64,000 nucleotides of DNA from contig OZ024740.1 of the NCBI GenBank assembly GCA_964016885.1, positions 430,590,001 to 430,654,000 on the forward strand, read 5' to 3'. The stretch is from Eledone cirrhosa. Its lineage: Eukaryota. How positions within the stretch are numbered: position 1 is the stretch's first letter; every line of letters begins with the position of its first letter. Under the pieces are notes generated by a model. It was given only the letters and a program-made list of their open reading frames with translations. It made no database searches and was not told the DNA's origin. Made by a program: the position numbers and the translations under genes. Below, in pieces: positions 1 through 14,900 of the stretch.

Positions 1-2910
1 ATGAACAGTGCACGAGTCATGATACACACATGTGTGCATGTGTATGGAAGGTGTACATCAGGTGTAGTTTTGGCGTATTTTGGGAAGCATGAGTGTCTTA
101 AAGGATGCAGTGTCTCGGCAGCTAACAATTGACGCAGGCAGTTTGTTCCATGCTTCAGCAACTCTGAGCGTGAAAAAATGTCTGCGAAGGTCATGGGAGC
201 TGTGCTGTTTTCTTATCTTGTAGGCATGTCCACGTGTGTTAGACACATGGAGATCAAAGAGGCGCTCAGGGTTGCAGTTGGCGAGATGGTTAAAAACTTT
301 GTGGGTATTCACCAAGTCCATTGCCAGACGTCGGAGATTCAATGAATCCATGCCCAGGGAAGCAAGGCGTTCAGAGTATGGTAGGTGTCTGATGGAGGGT
401 ATGCGCTTGGTTGCACGTCTCTGAACAGTTTCCAGGAGGTCAATGTTCCGAGCAAGATAGGGGTTCCAGACTGATGATGCGAATTCCAAGTGTGGTCGCA
501 CCATAGCTGTATACAGTTTTAAATAGATGGCTGGAGAGCGGCTAACAAAGGTCTTGCTGAGTGATGCCAAGACACCCTCGGCCTTCTTGACAATCTTAGA
601 GACATGCTTTGTCCAACGCAAATCGTTGCTGACAGTAATGCCTAGGTCACGTTCACAAGAGGACTTTTTGATGTCAGTGTTGTGGAGGGAGTATGTGGAC
701 GCTGGATTTTTCCTTCCAAAATGCATGGTGGTACACTTGTCCACAGCCAGCTTCAGTTGCCAGTCTGTGATCCATTGCTGCATTGTGTCCAGGTCTGATT
801 GTAGGAAAGAGTTGTAAATTTCAGGATCAGTCCTTTTGATTTCAAGGTACAGCTTGATGTCATCTGCATATTTTAGTACCGTGGCATTCTGTAAGTTGGC
901 ATCTATGTCATTAATATATGCCACAAACAAAAGAGGACCAAGAACAGATCCCTGTGGTACACCAGATGACATCTCATATGGTGAAGAATGCTGTCCTAGA
1001 ACCGTGACTACTTCCTTTCGGCTGAGAATGAAGGATTTCAGCCAGTCGAAAAGATCATCCCTCACACCCATTGCAGAGAGTTTTGCCATAAGTCTTTTGT
1101 GTGGCACAGAATTAAAAGCCTTAGCAAAGTCAAGGTAAACAACATCCACCCATGAGCTGCTGTCAGTGATCCGGGTGATGTCCTCAAGGAACTCGATAAG
1201 CTGATCACAGCAGCTGGAGTTAGGGATAAATCCAAACTGTGAGGGCCGGATGAGGCTGTGAGAGCTCCAGAAGTTCCAAAGTGTTCCTCTGACACAGAAT
1301 TCCATCAGTTTGGCCATACAGCTAGTAAGACTGACTGGACGATAGTTGACAGGTGACATGCGGTTGCCCTTTTTGAACAGGGGAATGACACTGGCAGTTT
1401 TCCACTGCTCCGGAGTAGCACCATTGCTGAGACAGTATTGAAAGAAAAAAGAAAGCTGGCGCAAAAGGAAATCCCCTCCACGTTTGAGAAGCAGGTATGT
1501 CACACCATCAAGACCAGGGGAGGCATAGTTGCGCTTATTCTTAAGGTGACGTCGCAACATTGCAGGTGTAAATTCCATAGTTGTTATGGAATTTGATGTT
1601 AGAGATGGTGGAGATGGTACATTCTGGTTTTCAACAGTAAAAATACTTGCATAGCACTCAGCAATGAGTTCTGCGCATTCCTTGGGATCGTCAGTGATCT
1701 GGCTTGTGTGGGGATTGCGAAGAGGACCAACTGGAGAGTGAGGTCTCTGCTTTGAATGAACATATTTCCAGAACACCTTACTGTCAGGATTGGTTGCGAT
1801 GCACTGTTCAAATTCAAGCACTGCCTTCTTTGTCACTTGCTTGAGATGGTTAGAAGATTTATTCCGCTTTTTTCTGTTGGCATCTGATCTATGCAGTTTA
1901 TATTCCCGTTCAGCGTTCCGACGTTCTTTCCTGGCAAGTCGGACCGCTGAAGTTTCCCAGATTGCACTTTTGGGGTGGTTATTTTTCCGCTTCCGTGGCA
2001 CTGATGCTGCACACGCTATCCATATTGAGTCCAGGATGCTCTGGAGTATAGAGTTCACATCTCCAGAGTTATACATCTCATGCCAGTTTGGGCGCTGTAG
2101 CTCAGTGCAGTACAAGTTCCAATCCGCCCTCTTCCAATCAAAGCAAGCAGATTGGAGATGGCCCTGGTTTTTGTTGCTGCCCTCAAGTGCCAGATTGGCA
2201 ATGATCATAGCATGATCAGAGTCGCCTAGAGGTTCCTCAGTAGTACAACTGATAACCACTTCAGGAGTAGTGGTGAAGATCAGGTCCAAAGTGTTGTCAC
2301 CTCTTGTTGGAGAGGTGACTACTTGTGACCAGTTTGAGTCCAGCACTAGTTCAAGGAAATCGTTTGCACCCTGTGGCCAACGAAAGGTTTCCCAATCGAT
2401 CTCAGGATGATTGAAGTCACCTGCAATAAACACATAAGTGGCTGTTTTCTTGGCAGCAACTCTGAGGATATCGCAAAGCTGTGTGTCCTGATGGTAGTTT
2501 GGGGGGCGATAAACAACACCAAGCAGAAGTGTTGACATGGTCATACGTATGTCACAGAAAAAAAAAAAAACTTCTTCCTGTGATTCGTTCAAATCAACGC
2601 AAGGAATTACCGAAAAGATTGAACGAACGTAGACCATCACACCACCACCACGGCGGTTAATGCGGTCCTTGCGGAAAAGGTTGTACCCAGTAATGGTGAA
2701 AACCCCATCACAGAGTAAGGAATGTGCCCATGTTTCCGTGACTGTGATGAAGTCAGGGTCGATGCTTCTGACGTAGGATTCGAACAGATGTATCTTGTTG
2801 CATAAACTGCGAGCATTTAATGACAACAATTTGTACCCTGCTCGCAGTTTATGATGGTGTGTAGAGGGTGGCAGGTTGTTCTGGTTTAGTTTCCCAGAGT
2901 TGTAGCAGTT
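1..2910 (-). mobile_element. CR1/L2-type LINE; 5' end (ORF1) abuts the satellite and the 3' UTR runs off the window
   Basis: ORF2 plus ~80 bp upstream containing a probable ORF1 end (GGA AAC TAA at 2894-2886). Satellite begins at ~2911. Confidence 0.85.
58..2829 (-). CDS. CR1/L2-group non-LTR retrotransposon ORF2 (APE endonuclease + reverse transcriptase), uninterrupted 923 codons
   Basis: APE motifs (LNARSL, VTETW, GGGV, GDFN, LDL, SDH). RT motifs (NYRPVSLTS, QFGF, YLDFAKAF, GVPQGSVLGPLLF, YADD, ERDLG). CR1-type C-terminus (TRGH...FFTLRV..WNKLP). The start is TTG with no upstream ATG. Confidence 0.93.
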   Translation of the reverse strand: MLSLNARSLCNKIHLFESYVRSIDPDFITVTETWAHSLLCDGVFTITGYNLFRKDRINRRGGGVMVYVRSIFSVIPCVDLNESQEEVFFFFCDIRMTMSTLLLGVVYRPPNYHQDTQLCDILRVAAKKTATYVFIAGDFNHPEIDWETFRWPQGANDFLELVLDSNWSQVVTSPTRGDNTLDLIFTTTPEVVISCTTEEPLGDSDHAMIIANLALEGSNKNQGHLQSACFDWKRADWNLYCTELQRPNWHEMYNSGDVNSILQSILDSIWIACAASVPRKRKNNHPKSAIWETSAVRLARKERRNAEREYKLHRSDANRKKRNKSSNHLKQVTKKAVLEFEQCIATNPDSKVFWKYVHSKQRPHSPVGPLRNPHTSQITDDPKECAELIAECYASIFTVENQNVPSPPSLTSNSITTMEFTPAMLRRHLKNKRNYASPGLDGVTYLLLKRGGDFLLRQLSFFFQYCLSNGATPEQWKTASVIPLFKKGNRMSPVNYRPVSLTSCMAKLMEFCVRGTLWNFWSSHSLIRPSQFGFIPNSSCCDQLIEFLEDITRITDSSSWVDVVYLDFAKAFNSVPHKRLMAKLSAMGVRDDLFDWLKSFILSRKEVVTVLGQHSSPYEMSSGVPQGSVLGPLLFVAYINDIDANLQNATVLKYADDIKLYLEIKRTDPEIYNSFLQSDLDTMQQWITDWQLKLAVDKCTTMHFGRKNPASTYSLHNTDIKKSSCERDLGITVSNDLRWTKHVSKIVKKAEGVLASLSKTFVSRSPAIYLKLYTAMVRPHLEFASSVWNPYLARNIDLLETVQRRATKRIPSIRHLPYSERLASLGMDSLNLRRLAMDLVNTHKVFNHLANCNPERLFDLHVSNTRGHAYKIRKQHSSHDLRRHFFTLRVAEAWNKLPASIVSCRDTASFKTLMLPKIRQNYT

Positions 2911-5900
2911 ATAATATATTACAGCCAGTATATATTACAGCCAGTATATAATATATTACAGCCAGTATATATAATATATTACGGCCAGTATATATAATAT
3001 ATTACAGCCAGTATATATAATATATTACAGCCAGTATATATAATATATTACAGCCAGTATATAATATATTACAGCCAGTATATATAATATATCACAGCCA
3101 GTACATATAATATATTACAGACAGTATATATAATATATTACGGCCAGTATATATAACATATTACAGCCAGTATATAATATATTACAGCCAGTATATATAA
3201 TATATTACAGCCAGTACATAATATATTACGGCCAGTATATATAATATATTACAGCCAGTATATAATATATTACAGCCAGTATATATAATATATTACAGCC
3301 AGTATATATAATATATTACAGCCAGTACATATAATATATTACAGCCAGTATATATAATATATTACAGCCAGTATATAATATATTACAGCCAGTATATATA
3401 ATATATTACAGCCAGTACATAATATATTACGGCCAGTATATATAATATATTACAGCCAGTATATATAATATATTACAGCCAGTATATATAATATATTACA
3501 GCCAGTATATATAATATATTACAGCCAGTATATATAATATATTTCAGCCAGTATATATAATATATTACAGCCAGTACATATAATATATTACAGCCAGTAC
3601 ATATAATATATTACAGCCAGTCAATATATTACAGCCAGTATATATAATATATTACAGCCAGTATATATAATATATTACAGCCAGTCAATATATTACAGCC
3701 AGTATATATAATATATTACAGCCAGTATATATAATATATTACAGCCAGTATATATAATATATTTCAGCCAGTATATATAATATATTACAGCCAGTACATA
3801 TAATATATTACAGCCAGTACATATAATATATTACAGCCAGTCAATATATTACAGCCAGTATATATAATATATTACAGTCAGTATATATAATATATTACAG
3901 TCAGTATATATAATATACTACAGCCAGTCTATATAATATATTACAGCCAGTCTATATAATATATTACAGCGAGTATATATAATATATTACAGCAAGTATA
4001 TATAATATATTACAGCCAGTATATATAATATATTACAGCCAGTATATATAATATATTACAGTCAGTATATATAATATATTAAAGCCAGTATATATAATAT
4101 ATTACAGACAGTATATAATATATTACAGTCAGTATATATAATATATTACAGCCAGTATATAATATATTACAGCCAGTATATAATATATTACAGCCAATAT
4201 ATATAATATATTACAGCCAGTAGATATAATATATTACAGCCAGTATATATAATATATTACAGCCAGTACATATAATATATTACAGCCAGTATATATAATA
4301 TATTACAGCCAGAATATATAATATATTACAGCCAGTATATAATATATTAAAGCCAGTATATATAATATATTAAAGCCAGTATATATAATATATTACAGCC
4401 AGTATATATAATATATTACAGCCAGTATATAATATATTACAGCCAGTATATAATATAGTACAGCCAGTATATATAATATATTACAGCCAGTATATATAAT
4501 ATATTACAGCCAGTATATAATATATTACAGCCAGTATATAATATATTACAGCCAGTATATATAATATATTACAGCCAGTTTATATAATATATTACAGTCA
4601 GTATATATAATATATTACAGACAGTATATATAATATATTACAGACAGTATACATATTACAGCCAGTCAATATATTACAGCCAGTATATATAATATGTTAC
4701 AGCCAGTATATAATATATTACAGCCAGTATATAATATATTACAGCCAGTATATAATATATTATAGCCAGTTTATATAATATATTACAGTCAGTATATATA
4801 ATATATTACAGCCAGTATATAATATATTACATCCAGTCAATATATTACAGCCAGTATGTAATATATTACAGCCAGTATTTATAATATAATACGGCCAGTA
4901 TATAATATATTACAGCCAGTATATATAATATATTACAGCCAGTATATAATATATTACAGCCAGTATATATAATATATTACAGCCAGTATATAATATATTA
5001 CAGCCAGTATATAATATATTACAGCTAGTATATATAATATAATACAGCCAGTACATATAATATATTACAACCAGTATATATAATATATTACAGCCTGTAT
5101 ATATAATATATTACAGCCAGTATATATAATATATTACAGACATTACATATAATGTATTACAGCCAGTACATATAATATATTACAGCCAGTATATATAATA
5201 TATTACAGCCAGTATATATAATATATTACAGCCAGTACATATAATATATTACAGCCAGTATATGTAATATATTACAGCCAGTATATATAATATATTACAG
5301 CCAGTATATATAATATATTACAGACAGTACATATAATGTATTACAGCCAGTACATATAATATATTACAGCTAGTATATATAATATATTACAGCCAGTACA
5401 TATAATATCTTACAGCCAGTATATATAATATATTACAGCCAGTGTATATAATATATTACAGCCAGTATATATAATATATTACAGCCAGTCTATATAATAT
5501 ATTACAGCGAGTATATATAATATATTACAGCAAGTATATATAATATATTACAGCCAGTATATATAATATATTACAGTCAGTATATATAATATACTACAGC
5601 CAGTCTATATAATATATTACAGCCAGTCTATATAATATATTACAGCGAGTATATATAATATATTACAGCAAGTATATATAATATATTACAGCCAGTATAT
5701 ATAATATATTACAGCCAGTATATATAATATATTACAGTCAGTATATATAATATATTAAAGCCAGTATATATAATATATTACAGACAGTATATAATATATT
5801 ACAGTCAGTATATATAATATATTACAGCCAGTATATAATATATTACAGCCAGTATATAATATATTACAGCCAATATATATAATATATTACAGCCAGTAGA

Positions 5901-8900
5901 TATAATATATTACAGCCAGTATATATAATATATTACAGCCAGTACATATAATATATTACAGCCAGTATATATAATATATTACAGCCAGAATATATAATAT
6001 ATTACAGCCAGTATATAATATATTAAAGCCAGTATATATAATATATTAAAGCCAGTATATATAATATATTACAGCCAGTATATATAATATATTACAGCCA
6101 GTATATAATATATTACAGCCAGTATATAATATAGTACAGCCAGTATATATAATATATTACAGCCAGTATATATAATATATTACAGCCAGTATATAATATA
6201 TTACAGCCAGTATATAATATATTACAGCCAGTATATATAATATATTACAGCCAGTTTATATAATATATTACAGTCAGTATATATAATATATTACAGACAG
6301 TATATATAATATATTACAGACAGTATACATATTACAGCCAGTCAATATATTACAGCCAGTATATATAATATGTTACAGCCAGTATATAATATATTACAGC
6401 CAGTATATAATATATTACAGCCAGTATATAATATATTATAGCCAGTTTATATAATATATTACAGTCAGTATATATAATATATTACAGCCAGTATATAATA
6501 TATTACATCCAGTCAATATATTACAGCCAGTATGTAATATATTACAGCCAGTATTTATAATATAATACGGCCAGTATATAATATATTACAGCCAGTATAT
6601 ATAATATATTACAGCCAGTATATAATATATTACAGCCAGTATATATAATATATTACAGCCAGTATATAATATATTACAGCCAGTATATAATATATTACAG
6701 CTAGTATATATAATATAATACAGCCAGTACATATAATATATTACAACCAGTATATATAATATATTACAGCCTGTATATATAATATATTACAGCCAGTATA
6801 TATAATATATTACAGACATTACATATAATGTATTACAGCCAGTACATATAATATATTACAGCCAGTATATATAATATATTACAGCCAGTATATATAATAT
6901 ATTACAGCCAGTACATATAATATATTACAGCCAGTATATGTAATATATTACAGCCAGTATATATAATATATTACAGCCAGTATATATAATATATTACAGA
7001 CAGTACATATAATGTATTACAGCCAGTACATATAATATATTACAGCTAGTATATATAATATATTACAGCCAGTACATATAATATCTTACAGCCAGTATAT
7101 ATAATATATTACAGCCAGTGTATATAATATATTACAGCCAGTATATATAATATATTACAGGCAGTACATATAATATATTACAGCCAGTACATATAATATA
7201 TTACAGCCAGTATATATAAAATATTACAGCCAGTATATATAATATATTACAGCCAGTATATATAATATATTACAGCCAGTATATATAATAAATTACTGCC
7301 AGTATATATAATATATTACTGCCAGTATATATAATATATTACAGCCAGTATATATAATATATTACAGCCAGTATATATAATAAATTACAGCCAGTACATA
7401 TAATATATTACAGCCAGTATATAATATATTACAGCCAGTATATAATATATTACAGCCAGTATATATAATATATTACAGCCAGTATATATAATATATTATA
7501 GCCAGTATATAATATATTACAGCCAGTATATATAACATATTATAGCCAGTATATATTATATTACAGCCAGTATATAATATATTACAGCCAGAATATATAA
7601 TATATTACAGCCAATATATATAATATATTACAGCCAGTATATATAATATATTACAGCCAGTATATATAATATATTACAGCCAGAATATATAATATATTAC
7701 AGCCAGTATATAATATATTATAGCCAGTATATATAATATATTACAGCCAGTATATAATATATTACAGCCAGTACATATAACATATTACAGCCAGTATATA
7801 TAATATATTACAGCCAGTACATATAATATATTAAAGCCAGTATATATAATATATTACAGCCAGTATATATAATATATTACAGACAGTATATAATATATTA
7901 AAGCCAGTATATAATATATTAAAGCCAGTATATATAATATATTACAGCCAGTATATATAATATATTACAGTCAGTATATATAATATATTACAGCCAGTAT
8001 ATATAATATATTACAGCCAATATATATAATATATTACAGCCAGTACATATAATATATTACAGCCAGTATATATAATATGTTACAGCCAGTATATATAATA
8101 TATTACAGCCAGTATATAATATATTAAAGCCAGTATATATAATATATTACAGACAGTATATAATATATTACAGCCAGTATATAATATATTAAAGCCAGTA
8201 TATAATATATTAAAGCCAGTATATATAATATATTACAGCCAGTATATATAATATATTACAGCCAGTACATATAATATAGATTAGCCAGTACATATAATAT
8301 ATTACTGCCAGTATATAATATATTACAGCCAGTATATAATATATTACAGCCAGTATATAATATATTACAGCCAGTATATATAATATATTACAGCCAGTAT
8401 ATATAATATATTACAGCCAGTATATAATATATTACATCCAGTATATAATATATTACAGCCAGTATATAATATATTACAGCAAGTATATATAATATATTAC
8501 AGCCAGTATATATAATATATTACAGCCAGTATATATAACATATTACAGACAGTATATAATATATTACAGCCAGTCTATATAATTTATTACAGTCAGTATA
8601 TATAATATATTACAGCCAGTATATAATATATTACAGCTAGTATATATAATATATTACAGCCAGTATATAATATATTACAGCCAGTATATAATATATTACA
8701 GCCAGTATATATAATATATTACTGCCAGTATATATAATATATTACAGCCAGTATATATAATATATTACAGCCAGTACATTTAATATATTACAGACAGTAT
8801 ATATAATATATTACGGCCAGTATATATAATATATTACAGCCAGTATATAATATATTACAGCCAGTACATATAATATATTACGGCCAGTATATATAATATA

Positions 8901-11900
8901 TTACAGCCAGTATATATAATATATTACAGCCAGTATATATAATATATTACAGCCAGTATATATAATATATTACAGCCAGTACATATAATATATTACAGCC
9001 AGTATATAATATATTAAAGCCAGTATATATAATATATTAAAGCCAGTATATATAATATATTAAAGCCAGTATATATAATATATTACAGCCAGTATATATA
9101 ATATATTACAGCCAGTATATAATATATTACAGCCAGTATATAATATATTACAGCCAGTATATATAATATATTACAGCCAGTATATATAATATATTACAGC
9201 CAGTATATATAATATATTACAGCCAGTATATAACATATTACAGCCAGTTTATATAATATATTACAGCCAGTATATATAATATATTACAGCCAGTATATAT
9301 AATATATTACAGTCAGTATATATAATATATTACAGCCAGTATATATAATATATTACAGTCAGTATATATAATATATTACACCCAGTATATATAATATATT
9401 ACAGCCTGTCTATATAATATATTACAGCCAGTATATAATATATTACAGCCAGTATATATAATATATTACAGCAAGTATATATAATATATTACAGCCAGTA
9501 TATATAATATATTACAGCCAGTATATATAATATATTACAGCCAGTATATATAATATATTACAGCCAGTATATATAATATATTACAGCCAGTCAATATATT
9601 ACAGCCAGTATATAATATATTACAGCCAGTATATATAATATATTACAGCCAGTATATAATATATTACAGCCAGTATATATAATATATTACAGCCAGTATA
9701 TATAATATATTACAGCCAGTATATATAATATATTAAAGCCAGTATATATAATATATTACAGCCAGTATATAATATATTACAACCAGTATATAATATATTA
9801 CAGCCAGTATATAATATATTACAGCTAGTATATATAATATATTACAGCCAGTATATAATATATTACAGCCAGTATATAATATATTACAGCCAGTATATAA
9901 TATATTACAGCCAGTACATATAATATATTACAGCCAGTCAATATATTACAGCCAGTATATATAATATATTGCAGCCAGTCTATATAATATATTACAGCCA
10001 GTATATATAATATATTACAGCAAGTATATATAATATATTACAGCCAGTATATATAATATATTACAGCCAGTATATATAATATATTACAGTCAGTATATAT
10101 AATATATTACAGCCAGTACATATAATATATTACAGCCAGTCAATATATTACAGCCAGTACATATAATATATTACGGCCAGTATATATAATATATTACAGC
10201 CAGTATATATAATATATTACAGCCAGTATATAATATATTACAGCCAGTATATAATATATTACAGCCAGTATATATAATATATTACAGCCAGTATATATAA
10301 TATATTACAGCCAGTACATATAATATATTACGGCCAGTATATATAATATATTACAGCCAGTATATATAATATATTACAGCCGGAATATAATATATTGCAG
10401 CCAGTATATAATATATTACAGTCAGTATATATAATATATTACAGCCAGTATATATAATATATTACAGCCAGTACATATAATATATTACAGACAGTATATA
10501 TAATATATTACAGCCAGTACATATAATATATTACAGACAGTATATATAATATATTACGGCCAGTATATATAATATATTACAGCCAGTATATAATATATTA
10601 CAGCCAGTATATATAATATATTACAGCCAGTACATAATATATTACGGCCACTATATATAATATATTACAGCCAGTATATAATATATTACAGCCAGTATAT
10701 ATAATATATTACAGCCAGTATATATAATATATTACAGCCAGTACATATAATATATTACAGCCAGTATATATAATATATTATAGCCAGTATATAATATATT
10801 ACAGCCAGTATATATAATATATTACAGCCAGTACATAATATATTACGGCCAGTATATATAATATATTACAGCCAGTATATATAATATATTACAGCCAGTA
10901 TATATAATATATTACAGCCAGTATATATAATATATTTCAGCCAGTATATATAATATATTACAGCCAGTACATATAATATATTACAGCCAGTATTAAACAA
11001 CCCATTTGTGGCGCCTCCGCCCTATTGGGGATTTCGATTGTTGAAATTGTTTGTTTTTATATTTTTTACACGACTGTATGTAAAATCCCCGGCATGTCTT
11101 TGTATTGTCCCCTTTTCTTGTTGCGCCCTTGTGGCTAATAAAGAAATCAATATATTACAGCCAGTATATATAATATATTACAGCCAGTATATATAATATA
11201 TTACAGCCAGTATATATAATATATTACAGTCAGTATATATAATATATTACAGCCAGTCTATATAATATATTACAGCCAGTCTATATAATATATTACAGCC
11301 AGTATATATAATATATTACAGCCAGTATATATAATATATTACAGCCAGTATATATAATATATTACAGCCAGTATATATAATATATTACAGTCAGTATATA
11401 TAATATATTACAGCCAGTCTATATAATATATTACAGCCAGTCTATATAATATATTACAGCCAGTATATATAATATATTACAGCCAGTATATATAATATAT
11501 TACAGCCAGTCTATATAATATATTACAGCCAGTATATATAATATATTACAGCCAGTATATATAATATATTACAGCCAGTATATATAATATATTACAGCCA
11601 GTATATATAATATATTACAGTCAGTACATATAATATATTACAGCCAGTCAATATATTACAGCCAGTATATAATATATTAAAGCCAGTATATATAATATAT
11701 TACAGACAGTATATAATATATTACAGCCAGTATATAATATATTAAAGCCAGTATATAATATATTAAAGCCAGTATATATAATATATTACAGCCAGTATAT
11801 ATAATATATTACAGCCAGTACATATAATATATTATAGCCAGTACATATAATATATTACTGCCAGTATATAATATATTACAGCCAGTATATAATATATTAC

Positions 11901-14900
11901 AGCCAGTATATATAATATATTACAGCCAGTATATATAATATATTACAGCCAGTATATAATATATTACATCCAGTATATAATATATTACAGCCAGTATATA
12001 ATATATTACAGCCAGTATATATAATATATTACAGCCAGTATATATAATATATTACAGCCAGTATATATAATATATTACAGACAGTATATAATATATTACA
12101 GCCAGTCTATATAATTTATTACAGTCAGTATATATAATATATTACAGCCAGTATATAATATATTACAGCCAGTATATAATATATTACAGCCAGTATATAA
12201 TATATTACAGCCAGTATATAATATATTACTGCCAGTATATATAATATATTACAGCCAGTATATATAATATATTACAGCCAGTACATATAATATATTACAG
12301 ACAGTATATATAATATATTACGGCCAGTATATATAATATATTACAGCCAGTATATATAATATATTACAGCCAGTATATAATATATTACAGCCAGTACATA
12401 TAATATATTACGGCCAGTATATATAATATATTACAGCCAGTATATATAATATATTACAGCCAGTATATAATATATTACAGCCAGTATATAATATATTACA
12501 GCCAGTATATATAATATATTACAGCCAATATATATAATATATTACAGCCAGTATATATAATATATTACAGCCAGTATATATAATATATTACAGCCAGTAC
12601 ATATAATATATTACAGCCAGTATATAATATATTAAAGCCAGTATATATAATATATTAAAGCCAGTATATATAATATATTACAGCCAGTATATATAATATA
12701 TTACAGCCAGTATATAATATATTACAGCCAGTATATAATATATGACAGCCAGTATATATAATATATTACAGCCAGTATATGTCATATTACAGCCAGTTTA
12801 TATAATATATTACAGTCAGTCTATAATATATTACAGCCAGTCAATATATTACAGCCAGTATATATAATATATTACAGCCAGTATATATAATATATTACAG
12901 TCAGTATATATAATATATTACAGCCAGTATATATAATATATTACAGTCAGTATATATAATATATTACAGCCAGTATATATAATATATTACAGCCTGTCTA
13001 TATAATATATTACAGCCAGTATATAATATATTACAGCCAGTATATATAATATATTACAGCAAGTATATATAATATATTACAGCCAGTATATATAATATAT
13101 TACAGCCAGTATATATAATATATTACAGCCAGTATATATAATATATTACAGTCAGTATATATAATATATTACAGCCAGTATATATAATATATTACAGCCA
13201 GTCAATATATTACAGCCAGTATATAATATATTACAGCCAGTATATATAATATATTACAGCCAGTATATAATATATTACAGCCAGTATATATAATATATTA
13301 CAGCCAGTATATATAATATATTACAGCCAGTACATATAATATATTACGGCCAGTATATATAATATATTACAGCCAGTATATATAATATATTACAGCCAGT
13401 ATATAATATATTACAGCCAGTATATAATATATTACAGCCAGTATATAATATATTACAGCCAGTATATAATATATTACAGCTAGTATATATAATATATTAT
13501 AGCCAGTATATAATATATTACAGCCAGTATATAATATATTACAGCCAGTATATAATATATTACAGCCAGTATATAATATATTACAGCCAGTATATATAAT
13601 ATATTACAGCCAGTACATATAATATATTACAGCCAGTCAATATATTACAGCCAGTATATATAATATATTACAGCCAGTCTATATAATATATTACAGCCAG
13701 TATATATAATATATTACAGCAAGTATATATAATATATTACAGCCAGTACATATAATATATTACAGCCAGTATATATAATATATTACAGCCAGTATATAAT
13801 ATATTACAGCCAGTATATATAATATATTACAGCCAGTATATATAATATATTACAGCCAGTATATAATATATTACGGCCAGTACATATAATATATTACAGC
13901 CAGTATATATAATATATTACAGCCAGTATATAATATATTACAGACAGTACATATAACATATTACAGCCAGTATATATAATATATTACAGTCAGTATATAT
14001 AATATATTACAGCCAGTACATATAATATATTACAGCCAGTATATATAATATATTACAGCCAGTATATATAATATATTACAGCCAGTATATATAATATATT
14101 ACAGTCAGTATATATAATATATTACAGCCAGTACATATAATATATTACAGCCAGTCAATATATTACAGCCAGTACATATAATATATTACGGCCAGTATAT
14201 ATAATATATTACAGCCAGTATATATAATATATTACAGCCAGTATATAATATATTACAGCCAGTATATAATATATTACAGCCAGTATATATAATATATTAC
14301 AGCCAGTATATATAATATATTACAGCCAGTACATATAATATATTACGGCCAGTATATATAATATATTACAGCCAGTATATATAATATATTACAGCCGGAA
14401 TATAATATATTACAGCCAGTATATAATATATTACAGTCAGTATATATAATATATTACAGCCAGTATATATAATATATTACAGCCAGTACATATAATATAT
14501 TACAGACAGTATATATAATATATTACAGCCAGTACATATAATATATTACAGACAGTATATATAATATATTACGGCCAGTATATATAATATATTACAGCCA
14601 GTATATAATATATTACAGCCAGTATATATAATATATTACAGCCAGTACATAATATATTACGGCCACTATATATAATATATTACAGCCATTATATAATATA
14701 TTACAGCCAGTATATAATATATTACAGCCAGTATATAATATATTACAGCCAGTATATATAATATATTACAGCCAGTATATATAATATATTACAGCCAGTA
14801 CATATAATATATTACGGCCAGTATATATAATATATTACAGCCAGTATATATAATATATTACAGCCAGTATATAATATATTACAGCCAGTATATATAATAT

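Noticed and set aside
236-2215. Plus-strand ORFs over the LINE, and similar antisense ORFs over RTE/PLE/hAT copies
   Set aside because: They are shadow frames of transposon coding sequence with no recognisable domains.
2558-2570. A13 run giving poly-Phe in ORF2
   Set aside because: The frame is preserved; likely homopolymer slippage with no functional inference.
11008-11196. 62-aa ORF within the satellite
   Set aside because: It spans the retro-insert and satellite units, starts at GTG, and has no recognisable motifs.
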